A DNA stretch of 63,322 nucleotides, the filler included, from Octopus bimaculoides (taxonomy: Eukaryota), in the NCBI RefSeq assembly GCF_001194135.2. It is 5 parts of 5 records of this genome, joined end to end, with 100 filler letters (N's around TTAATTAATTAA, not from the genome) between each part and the next. Parts side by side here need not be neighbours in the genome. Positions count along the whole stretch, not along the records: positions 1 to 10,036 come from NW_026307566.1; positions 10,137 to 28,699 come from NC_069003.1; 3 more parts are not named here. One strand, given 5' to 3'. The first letter of the stretch is position 1. Every line of letters begins with the position of its first letter. A program made the translations under genes and the position numbers. Under the pieces are notes generated by a model. It saw only the letters and a program-made list of their open reading frames with translations. It was not told the origin of the DNA and made no database searches. This document shows, one piece after another, positions 1-11,731 of the stretch.

Positions 1-350
1 GTCGATTTGCTCGACTAAAGGCAGTGCTCCAGCATGGTCGCAGTCAAATGGCTGAAACAAGTAAAAGACCAATGGAACAAAATGCCACCCCTGAAAACAA
101 ACGAAGTTTGTCATGAAGAAAGGTGTATGGCCAAAAGAGTAGATTGAACTTCTTAAAATATTACTGTGCATCCCCTATTTACTATTTTGCTTGCATGGAC
201 CCCCAGGTGTCGTATTGACCCTGGTTAAGAACTACTGGTCTAGGCCATACAACAAAGAAAAAGTGGTTCTAAAAACGATGACGATGATGATGAATTCATG
301 TTTCTCTATTTTTCTATTTATTTTGTCTTCTGTTTATTTCTTTCAAACAG

Positions 351-526
351 GTGTGTGCCAGTGTAAAGAAGGTTACACAGGAAGTGATTGTTCCATTGAT
401 AAGACTGAGCCACCGATTGTAGCTGCTCCATCTGCATGTGATAAAGAGAACTGTACCAACTTAAATGTTGTTGGCAGCAATTTCTATAATGCTTCAGAGA
501 TTACCTGTCATTATGAAACAGTGGAG
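351..526 (+). CDS. Internal exon of VWDE-like single-pass membrane protein: end of EGF-like domain and start of Ig/IPT-like region
   Basis: Acceptor tttcaaacag|GT and donor GAG|gtatgt. Translates (G)VCQCKEGYTGSDCSIDKTEPPIV...ITCHYETVE with the EGF C-x-C-x2-G-Y-x-G-x2-C pattern. Phase 1 to 0. VWDE-like assignment is from recalled architecture, not a search. Confidence 0.85.
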
Positions 527-1728
527 GTATGTACCCAAAACTAAAGCATTCTTACATTAATGTTTGGAATGTTCCTTGTACAATATTTATTCCTAGCCTT
601 CATGTAGAGGTAGGTACACCAAAATAAAACATTCTAGCTTATCCTACTGTTTGGAATATTCCTTGTACAATAGCTTCCATGTGTGCAGCAATAGGCATCA
701 TGTCCATTAAAGTCCATCTGACATGATAGTGAAGTGACGGTCATTAGCTGTCAAAACAACTGTCCAGCTCCTACAGTTTCAGAGCTGACAAAACGAAGGG
801 AATTTCTAGATGAGGGAGACTTAATTAGCTTCTACCCTGGGGCAAGTGTTGTCTGCTTTGGTCACAGACTGACTAAAGCTTTATCAGAGGATATGGTAGA
901 CAGAAGCGTGTTGTACACACACGTGACTTTGTATGACAGTTTCCATTTACCAAATCCACTTACAAGTTTTTGCTCAGTTCAGGCAATAACAGAAAATATA
1001 TAGCATTGGTGTGGGTACAATCTGTAAAGTGGTCAGCATTAAGAAGGGCTTCTGGCCATAGAAACCAAGCCAAAAGCAGACAGAACCTGGTGTGGACCCT
1101 GGCCTTACCAGTTACTGTCAATTTACTCAACCCATGCCAGCAAGGAAAACAGACATTAAATGTTAATAATGATGATGCTTATATGTATGTATGTACTCTA
1201 TACAGAGGCAAATAATTAGCGAGAAAAAATATTATTCTCAAAAATTAATTTGCTAAGATATTAATTTTGTTATCATCTGGAATGATTATTTGAAAAATAA
1301 CAGAATTAATAATATGGGCAATTGCAGGCCCAAGAAAGGAATTAAATAGCTGAAGGATTAAAATTAATCAAAGGACATACTAAGGGTGTCTGCCTGCTGG
1401 AAATAACAGTTAAAACTCTCATTTAAATCGCCAAAATTACACTTACGATAACCAGAGAAATCAACTGAAAGCAGATTATAAGGACTCATGTGGACCGGTG
1501 GTTTGTATACTGGCAAAATAAAGAAATTAATTAATTTAAATAAATTACCTTAACGTCATCAGCACTTGCTACCATTAAAAGAGATCCCAACTGCCTGCAT
1601 TGAAGTCTGCTCTGCAACTGATTTGTTTTGCACTGAAATCAAATTACAGCCACCAGTGAAAAAACATACTCTCTATACAGAGGCAAATAATTCGCAAGAA
1701 AAAATATAATTCTTTGGATGTATGTATG

Positions 1729-1773
<45 letters not shown>

Positions 1774-1789
1774 TATATATGTTTGTGTT

Positions 1790-1826
<37 letters not shown>

Positions 1827-2933
1827 NNNNNNNNNNNNNNNNNNNNNNNNNNNNNNNNNNNNNNNNNNNNNNNNNNNNNNTATATATAGTGTCTTGCAAA
1901 TAAATTCAGACAGTTTTTATGATGCAGGAAACTGGTTATAAATACTAAAATAATGGAAGTAGATAGATATAATTTTAATGTAACATTTATTACAACAAAA
2001 TCATTTATCATTTTTGGGCAATTACTGCCTCCATACAAGAATGAAATTGTTTTTCAGCTTCCACAAGCTCGACTTTTTTGATTTTGAGTGTCACATGCAT
2101 CATCACTACAAGAAGTGGAAACTGATTGAGCCAAAGAATGGACAAAAATTCCTTTGGAAACAATTCAAACTTTGTACGAGTAGAATATATGTGTGTGATG
2201 TGTGTGTGCAATATACATACATACATACATACATACAAATAGGTGTGTGGAGAGAGAGAGAGAGTGATTAGTTTGATTCAGCCCCGTGTGAATTGAAGTT
2301 TCACAGGCCCATCAAACGAGGCACATCAGGCTTGTGCAAACTGCAGCACGAGGCAAGTGTATGGTGACATCTGGATATTGGGCTGCTATTGGCCAATGCA
2401 GGTACATGGTGTTTTTAATATAGTAGGAACATCAATCCCGATTCTGTCTTCTGATTTGGATTCCTAGGCCTTGTTCTAGAGTTTTGGTGGCAACATGATA
2501 GGGCAATATGCTTTCTTGTACTTCCACTCTAAATGCCATCAGAATCCATCCTACTGGTCATCTTCACCATATTGCCATCTAAGTAATTTGCTCCAAAAAG
2601 CCATTTCGTATTTTGATCTCCAGGTCAGGCACTGATTATGACTCAGGGGTTACAGTCTTCTCTTTTGTTCCTGTGAATCCTGGCTGCTGATGGGAAAGTA
2701 TTTGAATCCTTTTAACTTTAAATTGAACACTGCTTTCTTTTGTCTCATTGTGTATTTTAATGAGATTTGTTCAAAGGATTTTGATTTCATCAAACATGTA
2801 TTCATTGAAGCCAATAAAGGATTCATTTACTATTTTCCTTTATTTTTTATTACTTGTTTAGTAGTTTACCTTACTTTAGCTTACACACAAAATAACAGCC
2901 CTCTATTTTTTTTCTCTTTTCTAATTTATTTAG

Positions 2934-3191
2934 GTCACTCTCGACGGGCTGAAAATTGGAAGTAGTGTAACAAAAGAAGCCATCAATGGTGAATTTGTTA
3001 CTCAATTTAACATCAATTGTCCTTTGCCTAAACAATCGAATGTTTATCTCAAGTTATCGCTGAACAAAAAATTAAGTGAAGTCGGTGCTGTCTATCTAAC
3101 ATCAAAAATTAAGCAATGTGTTTCTTGTAATGAGACCTTAATTAGTGGAATATCAAAAGAAGAAATTTCATCTTACTGCAATGTCCAACAG
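2934..3191 (+). CDS. Internal exon of the same VWDE-like gene
   Basis: Acceptor ttttctaatttatttag|GTC, donor CAG|gtttgt. Open frame VTLDGLKIGSSV...NINCPLPKQ...KQCVSCNE...SYCNVQQ, phase 0 to 0, joins the previous exon in frame. Confidence 0.8.
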
Positions 3192-4028
3192 GTTTGTAAT
3201 TCAATCTTGACTTCATTCATTTAAAATATCCATCTTAACACTTTAGTATTTAAACCAGCTATATACAGCCAAAATATTCTGCCTGTCTTATTTTTAAACC
3301 AGCCAGATCTGGTTTCTCATACATACCCTATAATGTCATTCTAAAAATAAACAATCACAGCATTGCAATTTCTAGCCCATGAGATAGTGCATGACCAATG
3401 CAAATAAATAAGCATTAGATTTGTAAGAGTATCCTGAATGCTAAAGGGTGAAACAACAAAATATCCAAAGTCATTAGAACATAGAAAAGAATAATGGTAT
3501 TTCTTCTGATTTTCTGCACTGTGTTCAAATTGCACCAAGGTACACTTGGCCTGTCATCCTTTCCCAGTTGTTAAATAAAGACCCATTCTAGAAATGGCAG
3601 ACTGACAGAAAAGGATCCTTATTAAGGGTAGCAAGCTGAGAGAATCACTCTTAGACCATTGGACAAAATGCTTAGTAGCATTTCTTCCAGGTTTTTACAC
3701 TGAGTTCAAATTCCACTGAGATTGACTTTGTCTTCATTCATTTTCATTGATAAAATATAGTATCAGTCCAGGGTTCGGCCAACTTAATCAACTTAGCTTT
3801 GTACTTAAAACTACCGGCCTTCTGCCTAAATAGGAAACAATTATTATTATTATTATTATTATGAGTGAGAGAGCAGTGCATGCCATCAAAGTGACACTGG
3901 GGAAAAATATATGAAGCCCAGTACACCCATCATGACAACCCATCCAATAAGGGTACAGTAGGCACATGCATCACAACCATATATGCATGACATAGTGATC
4001 TCATATCAAGGTCCCTGAATAAGGGCTA

Positions 4029-4162
4029 TTTAAGGATGTTGAAGGAAACGCCCATGTTTCCAAAGCTGAATTATTCAAAGCCCCAAAGAATTCCTTTTAA
4101 GGATGTTGAAGGAAACACCCATGTTTCCAAGGCTGAATTATTCAAAGCCCCAAAGAATTCCT
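4029..4162 (+). repeat. 67-bp tandem duplication inside an interspersed repeat
   Basis: 4029-4095 and 4096-4162 differ at 2 positions. Confidence 0.85.
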
Positions 4163-4431
4163 CTCAACACATGGCTATGATGCTCCCCTACAACTTCTCC
4201 TGATCAGAGATGCACATATCGTTAGCTGGTAAGGGACATGCTCAATTGGTTAAGGTCAAGCAACTGACAAGCAAATCTGTGGTATTGAGCAGAATATCTG
4301 CTGTAGCCCATCTTTTATACCAAGACAAAACAATGTACATGATAACACTTCCAATCAGTTAAGATCAAAAGCCATGAGAACCATTGCCTGGTACTGCATC
4401 AGGGCATTTATTATTATTATTATTATTATTA

Positions 4432-4880
4432 TTATGGCAATGCATTGACAGAATTGTTAGCATGCTGTGCAAAATGCTTAGCGGCATTTCGTCTGTCTTT
4501 ACATTCTGAGTTCAAATTCCGCTGAGGTCAACTTTGCCTTTCATCCTTTCGGAGTCAATAAAATTTGTACCAGTCAAGTACTGGAGTCGATGTAATCAGC
4601 TATCCCCTTCCCCAAAAACTTCAGGCCTTGTGCCTTTAGTAGAAAGGATTATTATGAAGGCCATGAGCTGGCAGAATTGTTACTGCACCAGGCAAAATGC
4701 TTAGTAGCATTTTGTTCATCTCTGCGTTCTGAGTTCAAATTCCACCAAGGTTGACTTCACCTTTCATCCTTTCACATTGATAAAATGAGTACCAGTTCAG
4801 CACTGGGGTCGAATTAATCGACTTTCTGTCCCCCAAAATTTCTGGCCTTGTGCCAACTTTTGAAACCATTATTATTATTG
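4432..4880 (+). mobile_element. Two tandem SINEs of the 41498 family
   Basis: Each has CAGAATTGTTA...TTCTGAGTTCAAATTCC...CCTTTCATCCTTTC...GGCCTTGTGCC and an (ATT)n tail. Confidence 0.8.
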
Positions 4881-4964
4881 TTGTTTTATAAACATGTTTC
4901 AAAAGTTTCCTCCCTTAACATTAATTTCAATTTTGTTTTATTTTTCTCATTTTGCTTTTTGCAG

Positions 4965-5079
4965 AGCTGCTGCCTTATAGAAGGAACGTTTTATTTAGAA
5001 GATGAAAAGAATCCCTTGAACCCTGCCTGTGAGTTCTGTGTTTCAGCTACCAGTCGCTCCCAGTGGACAGTTCGCACAG
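4965..5079 (+). CDS. Internal exon, Cys-rich module
   Basis: Acceptor tttgctttttgcag|AGC, donor ACAG|gtaatt. SCCLIEGTFYLEDEKNPLNPACEFCVSATSRSQWTVRT; phase 0 to 1. Confidence 0.85.
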
Positions 5080-5682
5080 GTAATTTCCGTTTGACATACT
5101 AGTAGAATAGTTGACTGTATACCAGTATATGTGTATCTATTTCTCTTTCTCTATCTATATATATCTATTGGACCATTAGCAATATATTTAACAGAAAAGG
5201 TGCTTCTCTGTATGTCTTGTTATGCATGCCCAGTGACATACATTAACCAGTTATAGCATTTTCCAGACAGGAGTACATGTTTATACGCATGCCCAAAGAT
5301 GAAAATTACCGTCAATGCTATTTGAAATTTTTACTTCACCTTACGATCTATTCATACAATTTGATTTGCCCTTGTGATGTAAGACATCTAGAAATATTTA
5401 TTGCATAGTGTTTACTCTATGTTGGATATTATGAATATGCCAAAAAAAAAACATCTTTTCAAATTTCACCCCCTTGCTCCCCCAATTTAAAATTTTGATT
5501 TTGCTCACCTTAAAGAGATCGTAGCGAATTGACAAACATGCAAATCGAAATCAAATATAGACAAACACATTAAAGTGAAAAGAATTTGCATTTTACTTGT
5601 GTTTGCCTTAAATAATTGTAAATAATAATTAAATTTAAATTAAATATACACCATTTTATGAGAAACAAACATTAATGTTTAA

Positions 5683-5975
5683 TCATCGTCATTTAACGTC
5701 TGCCTTCCATGCTAGCATGGGTTGGACGATTTGACTGAGGACTGGTGAAACCAGATGGCTACACCAGGCTCCAATCTGATTTGGCAGAGTTTCTACAGCT
5801 GGATGCCCTTGCTAACGCCAACCACTCCGAGAGTGTAGTGGGTGCTTTTACGTGCCACCGGCATGAAGGCCAGTCAGGCAGTACTGGCAACGGCCACGCT
5901 CACAATGGTGTAGTTTACGTGCCACCTGCACAGGAGCCAGTCCGGCGGCACTGGCAACGATCTTGCTCGAATGTC
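5683..5975 (-). mobile_element. (GAT)n-tailed retroposon 3' end
   Basis: Nearly identical to 21567-21774; accounts for the shared 'MKPDGYTRLQSDLAEFLQLDAL' pseudo-ORFs. A decayed copy lies near 58870-59020. Confidence 0.8.
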
Positions 5976-5984
5976 TTTAGACGT

Positions 5985-6110
5985 GTTCACACTAGTTGGG
6001 GTATAGGGAGATCCAAGATGACATGGGATGAGGTGGTGAAGCATGAGCTTCGAACATTGGGCCTTAGAGGCAATGACGAAAGACCATGACCTCAGGAGAT
6101 ATGCTGTAAT
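5985..6110 (+). mobile_element. RTE LINE ORF C-terminal fragment
   Basis: GRSKMTWDEVVKHELRTLGL followed, after a frameshift, by EAMTKDHDLRRYAV. Confidence 0.65.
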
Positions 6111-6885
6111 TGTGCCTCAGTTGTAACTCGTGCTAGACATGTCACCATTTTGTGGTGATGGGTTACAGTTTGAACAGAGACTGCATAGAGCTGGAATAAA
6201 TACCACCAGGCATTTTATCCAACACTTTGCTGAATCTTGTCATTGAGAGTTCTGCAATTTTTTGCAGAACAGCCACAGATAATTTGTCTATAGTGATCAA
6301 ATGTTTGTGTTCAAGCAAGTTCACTCTCTCCATCAAATCAACATTACCTGTACAGGTGTACAACATTCCACATGTCAGATGATGAAATGATTGCAAAAGT
6401 GTTTTGCAACACAACAGCCAGTCTGGGAATTGAAACCACAATCTTGCAATCATGAGCCCAACATCCTAACAACTAAGAGAGAGAGACACACACACATACA
6501 TACACACACACATATATATATATAGGACAGTCTGTTAAAGTCTGTCATACCGGCCATGATGAAATACCACAAGGTATAGAAAATACGTATTCGCCTTTAT
6601 ATATTTAATCCTTTATATTGAACACTCAATATTTCATCTATTCAATAAGACATATTCCATATATTCAATAAGACATTCAATACTTTATTTCATTGTACCA
6701 TCCATTTTTATTTTATATTGTATATTATATTATATATTGTATATTCCATATTCTATCCCACATTGGTTTTGCAGGAATATAAATAAAACATAAAAAACAG
6801 ACAGTGTTGGAACTCTTTTAAACAAAATAATATATTCCTCTATTCACAATCATACAAAACCCCTTTTTTTGTATTTATTTTTACT

Positions 6886-6917
<32 letters not shown>

Positions 6918-7373
6918 CGACAAGTTATAAATAATGGTCATTACATATCCCTTTATTGTAGTAAATTAGACTTACAGTTGTTTCCAATAGCCATTATAGG
7001 TTCGCCCATTGGTCAGTTTACTCAATCAGCCCAGTGATCAGTTGAGAAAAATTCCACGACCTTATAAAATTGACACTATTCTCTTTGGAGTCAGAGTATT
7101 CTGATGAAAAAACAAAGCAGAACAAGGATGAATGAACAATACAGACACGGCAAAGGGAGTGGAAATATATGTAGACAAGCACACACACATATATACAAGT
7201 ATACAGAGAAACATGAATTTGTGTTGCAAGATTCCTGATGTAAAACAGTGTTGAAACAAATATTGTTATATTTCAGAACAGTCATTTTCTTTCTTTTTCC
7301 AAATAAACACATGCGTTGTATATTCATTCTTCACTCATTCATTATTGTTCTTACTTTATCTTATGTCCATTGC

Positions 7374-7472
7374 CTGGAAATCTTTTATCACACATCTGTG
7401 ACCTCTTCAGCAACCTTTTTCCATCCACGTGTAACCTGGAGAGATCACAGATGTGTGACAAAAGATTTCCAG
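7374..7472. repeat. Inverted repeat (37-bp arms) with decayed hammerhead-like core
   Basis: 7374-7410 versus the reverse complement of 7436-7472, 3 mismatches; arms read CTG(A/G)AGA-G-(G/A)TCAC-AGATGT-GTGA(C/T)-AAAA-GATTTC-CAG. Confidence 0.75.
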
Positions 7473-7633
7473 ATAATGGTCATAAGATAAAATAAGAACA
7501 ATAATAAACAAGTGGAGAACAAATATGTTGTCTGGGGTGACTCTACAGACACAACAAAATTTGTTTCAAAACACAAATTCACATAAAGAATCCCGCAATC
7601 CAGATAAAAAAAAAAACGAATATGTAGTGCATG

Positions 7634-7797
7634 TGAAGTAGTTGTATGCTGTCGACTTAATGTGACAGTCCCCTGAAGGGAATAATAATACTGTTGGTTA
7701 GACCTAGGAAGCTGCACCGCTTCCTAGGTCTAACCAACAGTAGTATTATTCCCTTCAGGGGACTGTCACATTAAGTTGACAGCATACAACTACTTCA
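7634..7797. repeat. Near-perfect palindrome (79-bp arms, 6-nt loop)
   Basis: 7634-7712 versus the reverse complement of 7719-7797, 2 mismatches; flanking 14-bp direct repeat ATGTAGTGCATGTG at 7622-7635 and 7853-7866. Confidence 0.9.
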
Positions 7798-8059
7798 TCG
7801 TATCACTACTGCATAAATCTCTCTGAGAGATTTAGAAATGTATTATTTCTAAATGTAGTGCATGTGTTTGACAAAAAAAAAAAAAGAAATGAATGACCAT
7901 CCCAAAATATAACAATATATAGAGATATATGTTTATATATACAAGTATATATACATACATTTCTATATGTATGTATATAAAAAAAGTTTCCTCTTGTTTA
8001 ATATTTGTACATTGTTTAAGATTTAATTTTAATTATTTTTTTTTTCTCTTTTTCTGCAG

Positions 8060-8174
8060 AAAACAGCAAATGTAATGCACCATCTTATGATCAAACAATG
8101 CTTATTGTTGGAATTGTTATCGGAGTTGTGCTCTTCATTTTGACAGTGGTTCTCATTGTCTTCTTTGTCAAATG
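8060..8174 (+). CDS. Transmembrane exon
   Basis: Acceptor ttttctgcag|AA, donor TG|gtaaga. (E)NSKCNAPSYDQTMLIVGIVIGVVLFILTVVLIVFFVK(W) contains a hydrophobic helix. Phase 1 to 2. Confidence 0.9.
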
Positions 8175-8962
8175 GTAAGATTCACATGCTTTTAATCAAA
8201 CATAAATATATATAGGCCCATACACTCACTCTCTCTCTCTCTCTCACACACACACACTCATGAACACTCTCTCCTAAACATACAGTCTCTTCCTTACACT
8301 CATTCTTGCAAACTAACACATACTCACGCACTATCTTGCTCACACACACATACAGATGTTCTCACACACACTGAAATCTACTCTCATTCATTAACGCACA
8401 CATTCTCTCTCATATACACACAATCACACATATGCATACACTCTCATTCAAACACAGACACTCTCACTCAAACACTTCCTCCACATATGCACACACTAAC
8501 AGAGATACCACACACACACACATGCACTCCGACACACACACAATGAATTCTTGCTAATGTATATTTTGTCGCAGACATTCTCACTAACACATGCATGCAC
8601 ACTCACTGATAAACATGCATTCTCTCTCTCCCTCACACACCGTCTACATGCAGCACAAAGGAGGAATCCTCACAAACTGACATCTTTATTAGGCTATGAT
8701 ATTTCAATTTCTGTTTGTTAAATGATGTGCTGTGGATTGTATGCCTTACACAGTTTCTTTTGTATAAATGGTATTCATGAACCTTTTATCAAATAGAAGG
8801 TGGACCAAATTTCTTATGCATACAGTGTAAAATCTTGATGTTGGAAAGAGGTTCTCTAATTGGTTGGTTTGTTAGGGTGTTCTTTGTTTTGTGTCCAATC
8901 CTGACATGCCCAACTTGTAAACAGAAAACATTCTGATAATCTCTTTTGCTTTCTTCCCACAG

Positions 8963-9041
8963 GAGACAAAGAAAGGGAAAATCATTTCCAACAGAAGGCA
9001 GAAGCATGATGGCTGAATCCAATTATGGTTATGTCTCTTAA
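8963..9041 (+). CDS. Terminal exon, short cytoplasmic tail
   Basis: Acceptor ttcttcccacag|G completes TGG. (W)RQRKGKSFPTEGRSMMAESNYGYVS then TAA at 9039-9041; basic stop-transfer residues follow the TM. AATAAA at 9040-9045. Confidence 0.85.
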
Positions 9042-9539
9042 TAAAAACATAACTGACCTTCGTTATACATTCACATTATTTACATTCCAAGACAGACCAC
9101 CACAACTTTCTTAAGCTATTTGTTATCTTACCTCCAAGCTTTTTACTTAATTCGTTTGTATTTTTTTTTTAAATTAATTAATCTTCTAATTATTATCATT
9201 ATTAAATCATTTTGTTTGCATTTTTTTTATTAATTTCTTTTCAATTAATAAATATTTTCTATTTTTTGACTTAATCTAATTATAATGTAAGAAGATAAGA
9301 TTATGTACAAAAGAACTAATGCTGCCACTGTAAATTTACTGAAATTATTGTAAGATATATGTATATATAAATATACACATACAGACACATCACATCTATA
9401 TATACACATGTATTCACATGCATGTATGTGCATTGTATTTATATATACATTTACATAAATCAAGTTTGTAAAAAAAAAAATCACATATATAATAAATAAA
9501 AGTTATTTTCATGATTAAATTTTACATCTTTTCTTCATT

Positions 9540-9800
9540 TAGTCCATGAGCTTTTAAATATTCAAAGTAGTGTTGGAACTCTTGCAAAGTGATGCCTTTT
9601 AACTCCTCTATCGCTTTTCTCCACCTCTTCCACATCTGCAAATTCTGTAGCATCAGCTTTCATCACCAGTGATGACTTTTGAAAAAAAGTCTGGATCAAC
9701 TTCCAACTGTTCTTTCAGTTCACAACACGCATTCAGTCAAGACTGCTTTTGATCTTCCGTGAGCAATCAAGGCACGAATTTTGCATCAACTCTTCATTTG
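9540..9800 (-). mobile_element. Internally deleted mariner transposase relic
   Basis: AKFVP*LLTEDQKQS*LNACCELKEQLEVDPDFFSKVITGDES*CY is joined directly to C-terminal FADVEEV...EELKGITLQEFQH. Confidence 0.8.
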
Positions 9801-10036
9801 CGATTCCTTACTCAGAATTCATCGCTGGATATACCAGTTATACCAACAATTTTGTCACTTAATTGGTAACACAGAAGACGTAACAAAAATTTTACAAAAA
9901 TGAAAATTAGAAAAAAGTGGAAATTTTAACAGTGAGTGTGTTAAATTTTAAGGCACAATAAAAGAATGACTCTCCCCAAACAAAACAGTCTATATATAAA
10001 TGAATAAATATATATAAGAAATATATATCAATAAAT

Positions 10037-10136
10037 NNNNNNNNNNNNNNNNNNNNNNNNNNNNNNNNNNNNNNNNNNNNTTAATTAATTAANNNNNNNN
10101 NNNNNNNNNNNNNNNNNNNNNNNNNNNNNNNNNNNN
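10037..10136. other. Artificial sequence-joining linker
   Basis: 44 N + TTAATTAATTAA (stop codons in all six frames) + 44 N, 100 nt total. Confidence 0.95.
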
Positions 10137-11621
10137 GAGAGTAAAAGAGAGAGTAAAAGAGAGAGTAAAAGAGAGAGTAAAAGAGAAAGAGTGAGAGTAA
10201 GCAGAGGACTGGGCAGTGCACTGCATCCTTGAACAAAACATCAATTTCACATTGCTCTAGTTATGAGTTCCAGCAATAATTGGGGAGTTAACCCTGTGAT
10301 AGACTGGCTTCCCATCCAGGGTGAGTGNNNNNNNNNNATTGGGGAGTTAACCCTGTGATAGACTGGCTTCCCATCCAGGGTGAGTGTAGTAATCTCAATC
10401 ATGCATAATGCCATGGAAACCAAGTTAAGCCTTAGCCTTATGAGTCTTAAGGGTCATGAAAAAAGTGAGAGCTATGTAGCGGTATATAGCAAGAGGGGGT
10501 GGAGAGGGGTAGTCAAGTAAACTCAATCCGATTTTCACAAGTGCTGAAACTGCTTTATACTTGCAGTGTATCCCAGCAGGCTATTTGATGCATCTGCTAT
10601 TTTTGCGAGTTTGTGCGCAGCATACCAATTGTGGGAACCTCTACCTAGTCATTCAGTCTGCTAGAAAAAGCAGCCAGATCTTCCTCAAACTTCACGTTGC
10701 TACTTTAATATCATTGTTGACACTATTGTTGTTTGTCCAGACAAATAATGACAACAGCAATGACGATGATGAAGATATCTATATTCTATTTTTACTCTTT
10801 TACTTGTTTCAGTCATTTGACTGCGGCCATGCTNNNNNNNNNNTACTCTTTTACTTGTTTCAGTCATTTGACTGCGGCCATGCTGGAGCAGTACTTTTAG
10901 TCGAGCAAATCGACCCCGGGAATTATTCTTTGGAGGCCTAGTACTTATTCCATTGGTCTCTTTTGCCAAACCGCTAAGTTACAGGNNNNNNNNNNNNNNN
11001 NNNNNNNNNNNNNNNNNNNNNNNNNNNNNNNNNNNNNNNNNNNNNNNNNNNNNNNNNNNNNNNNNNNNNNNNNNNNNNNNNNNNNNNNNNNNNNNNNNNN
11101 NNNNNNNNNNNNNNNNNNNNNNNNNNNNNNNNNNNNNNNNNNNNNNNNNNNNNNNNNNNNNNNNNNNNNNNNNNNNNNNNNNNNNNNNNNNNNNNNNNNN
11201 NNNNNNNNNNNNNNNNNNNNNNNNNNNNNNNNNNNNNNNNNNNNNNNNNNNNNNNNNNNNNNNNNNNNNNNNNNNNNNNNNNNNNNNNNNNNNNNNNNNN
11301 NNNNNNNNNNNNNNNNNNNNNNNNNNNNNNNNNNNNNNNNNNNNNNNNNNNNNNNNNNNNNNNNNNNNNNNNNNNNNNNNNNNNNNNNNNNNNNNNNNNN
11401 NNNNNNNNNNNNNNNNNNNNNNNNNNNNNNNNNNNNNNNNNNNNNNNNNNNNNNNNNNNNNNNNNNNNNNNNNNNTATTGTTGATAATTGATTACAATGA
11501 TGATGAAGATATTAAAAATGACAAATGTAATCACAAGATTAAGAATGGTAACAAGGCTAAAGGTGATGACTACAAAAGATGGAAAGAAGATGCTGATGTG
11601 GGGCAAAAGTGGTAAACCTAC

Positions 11622-11731
11622 CTTGGCTTCAGACCTGGCCATTATTTCCTCAAATGGTGCATCTCTGAAACTTGTAAAGATTTGCAGCCTTTTCTTTTCT
11701 TCTTCATCTTTATTCACTGTTTCTTCTTCAT
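11622..11731 (-). CDS. EFR3: EFR3 near-terminal exon
   Basis: Acceptor ttttattag|AT, donor AAG|gtaggt. (D)EEETVNKDEEEKKRLQIFTSFRDAPFEEIMARSEAK contains the conserved EFR3 APFEEI motif. Confidence 0.92.

Noticed and set aside
5745-6089. Two ORFs sharing KPDGYTRLQSDLAEFLQLDAL (also 21595)
   Set aside because: Both come from copies of the same non-coding retroposon, not paralogous genes.
6163-6453. 96-aa minus ORF as a possible EFR3 terminal exon
   Set aside because: It lacks the EFR3 C-terminal FPDL/ELxVY motif, lies across an artificial linker, and its 5' part is a SINE head.
10278-10386. Apparent tandem duplications around 10-N gaps (also near 10834, 30174, 59130, 61427, 62474, and around the 12040-12290 gap)
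   Set aside because: Identical sequence on both sides of a gap is the signature of unmerged contig overlaps, not true duplication.
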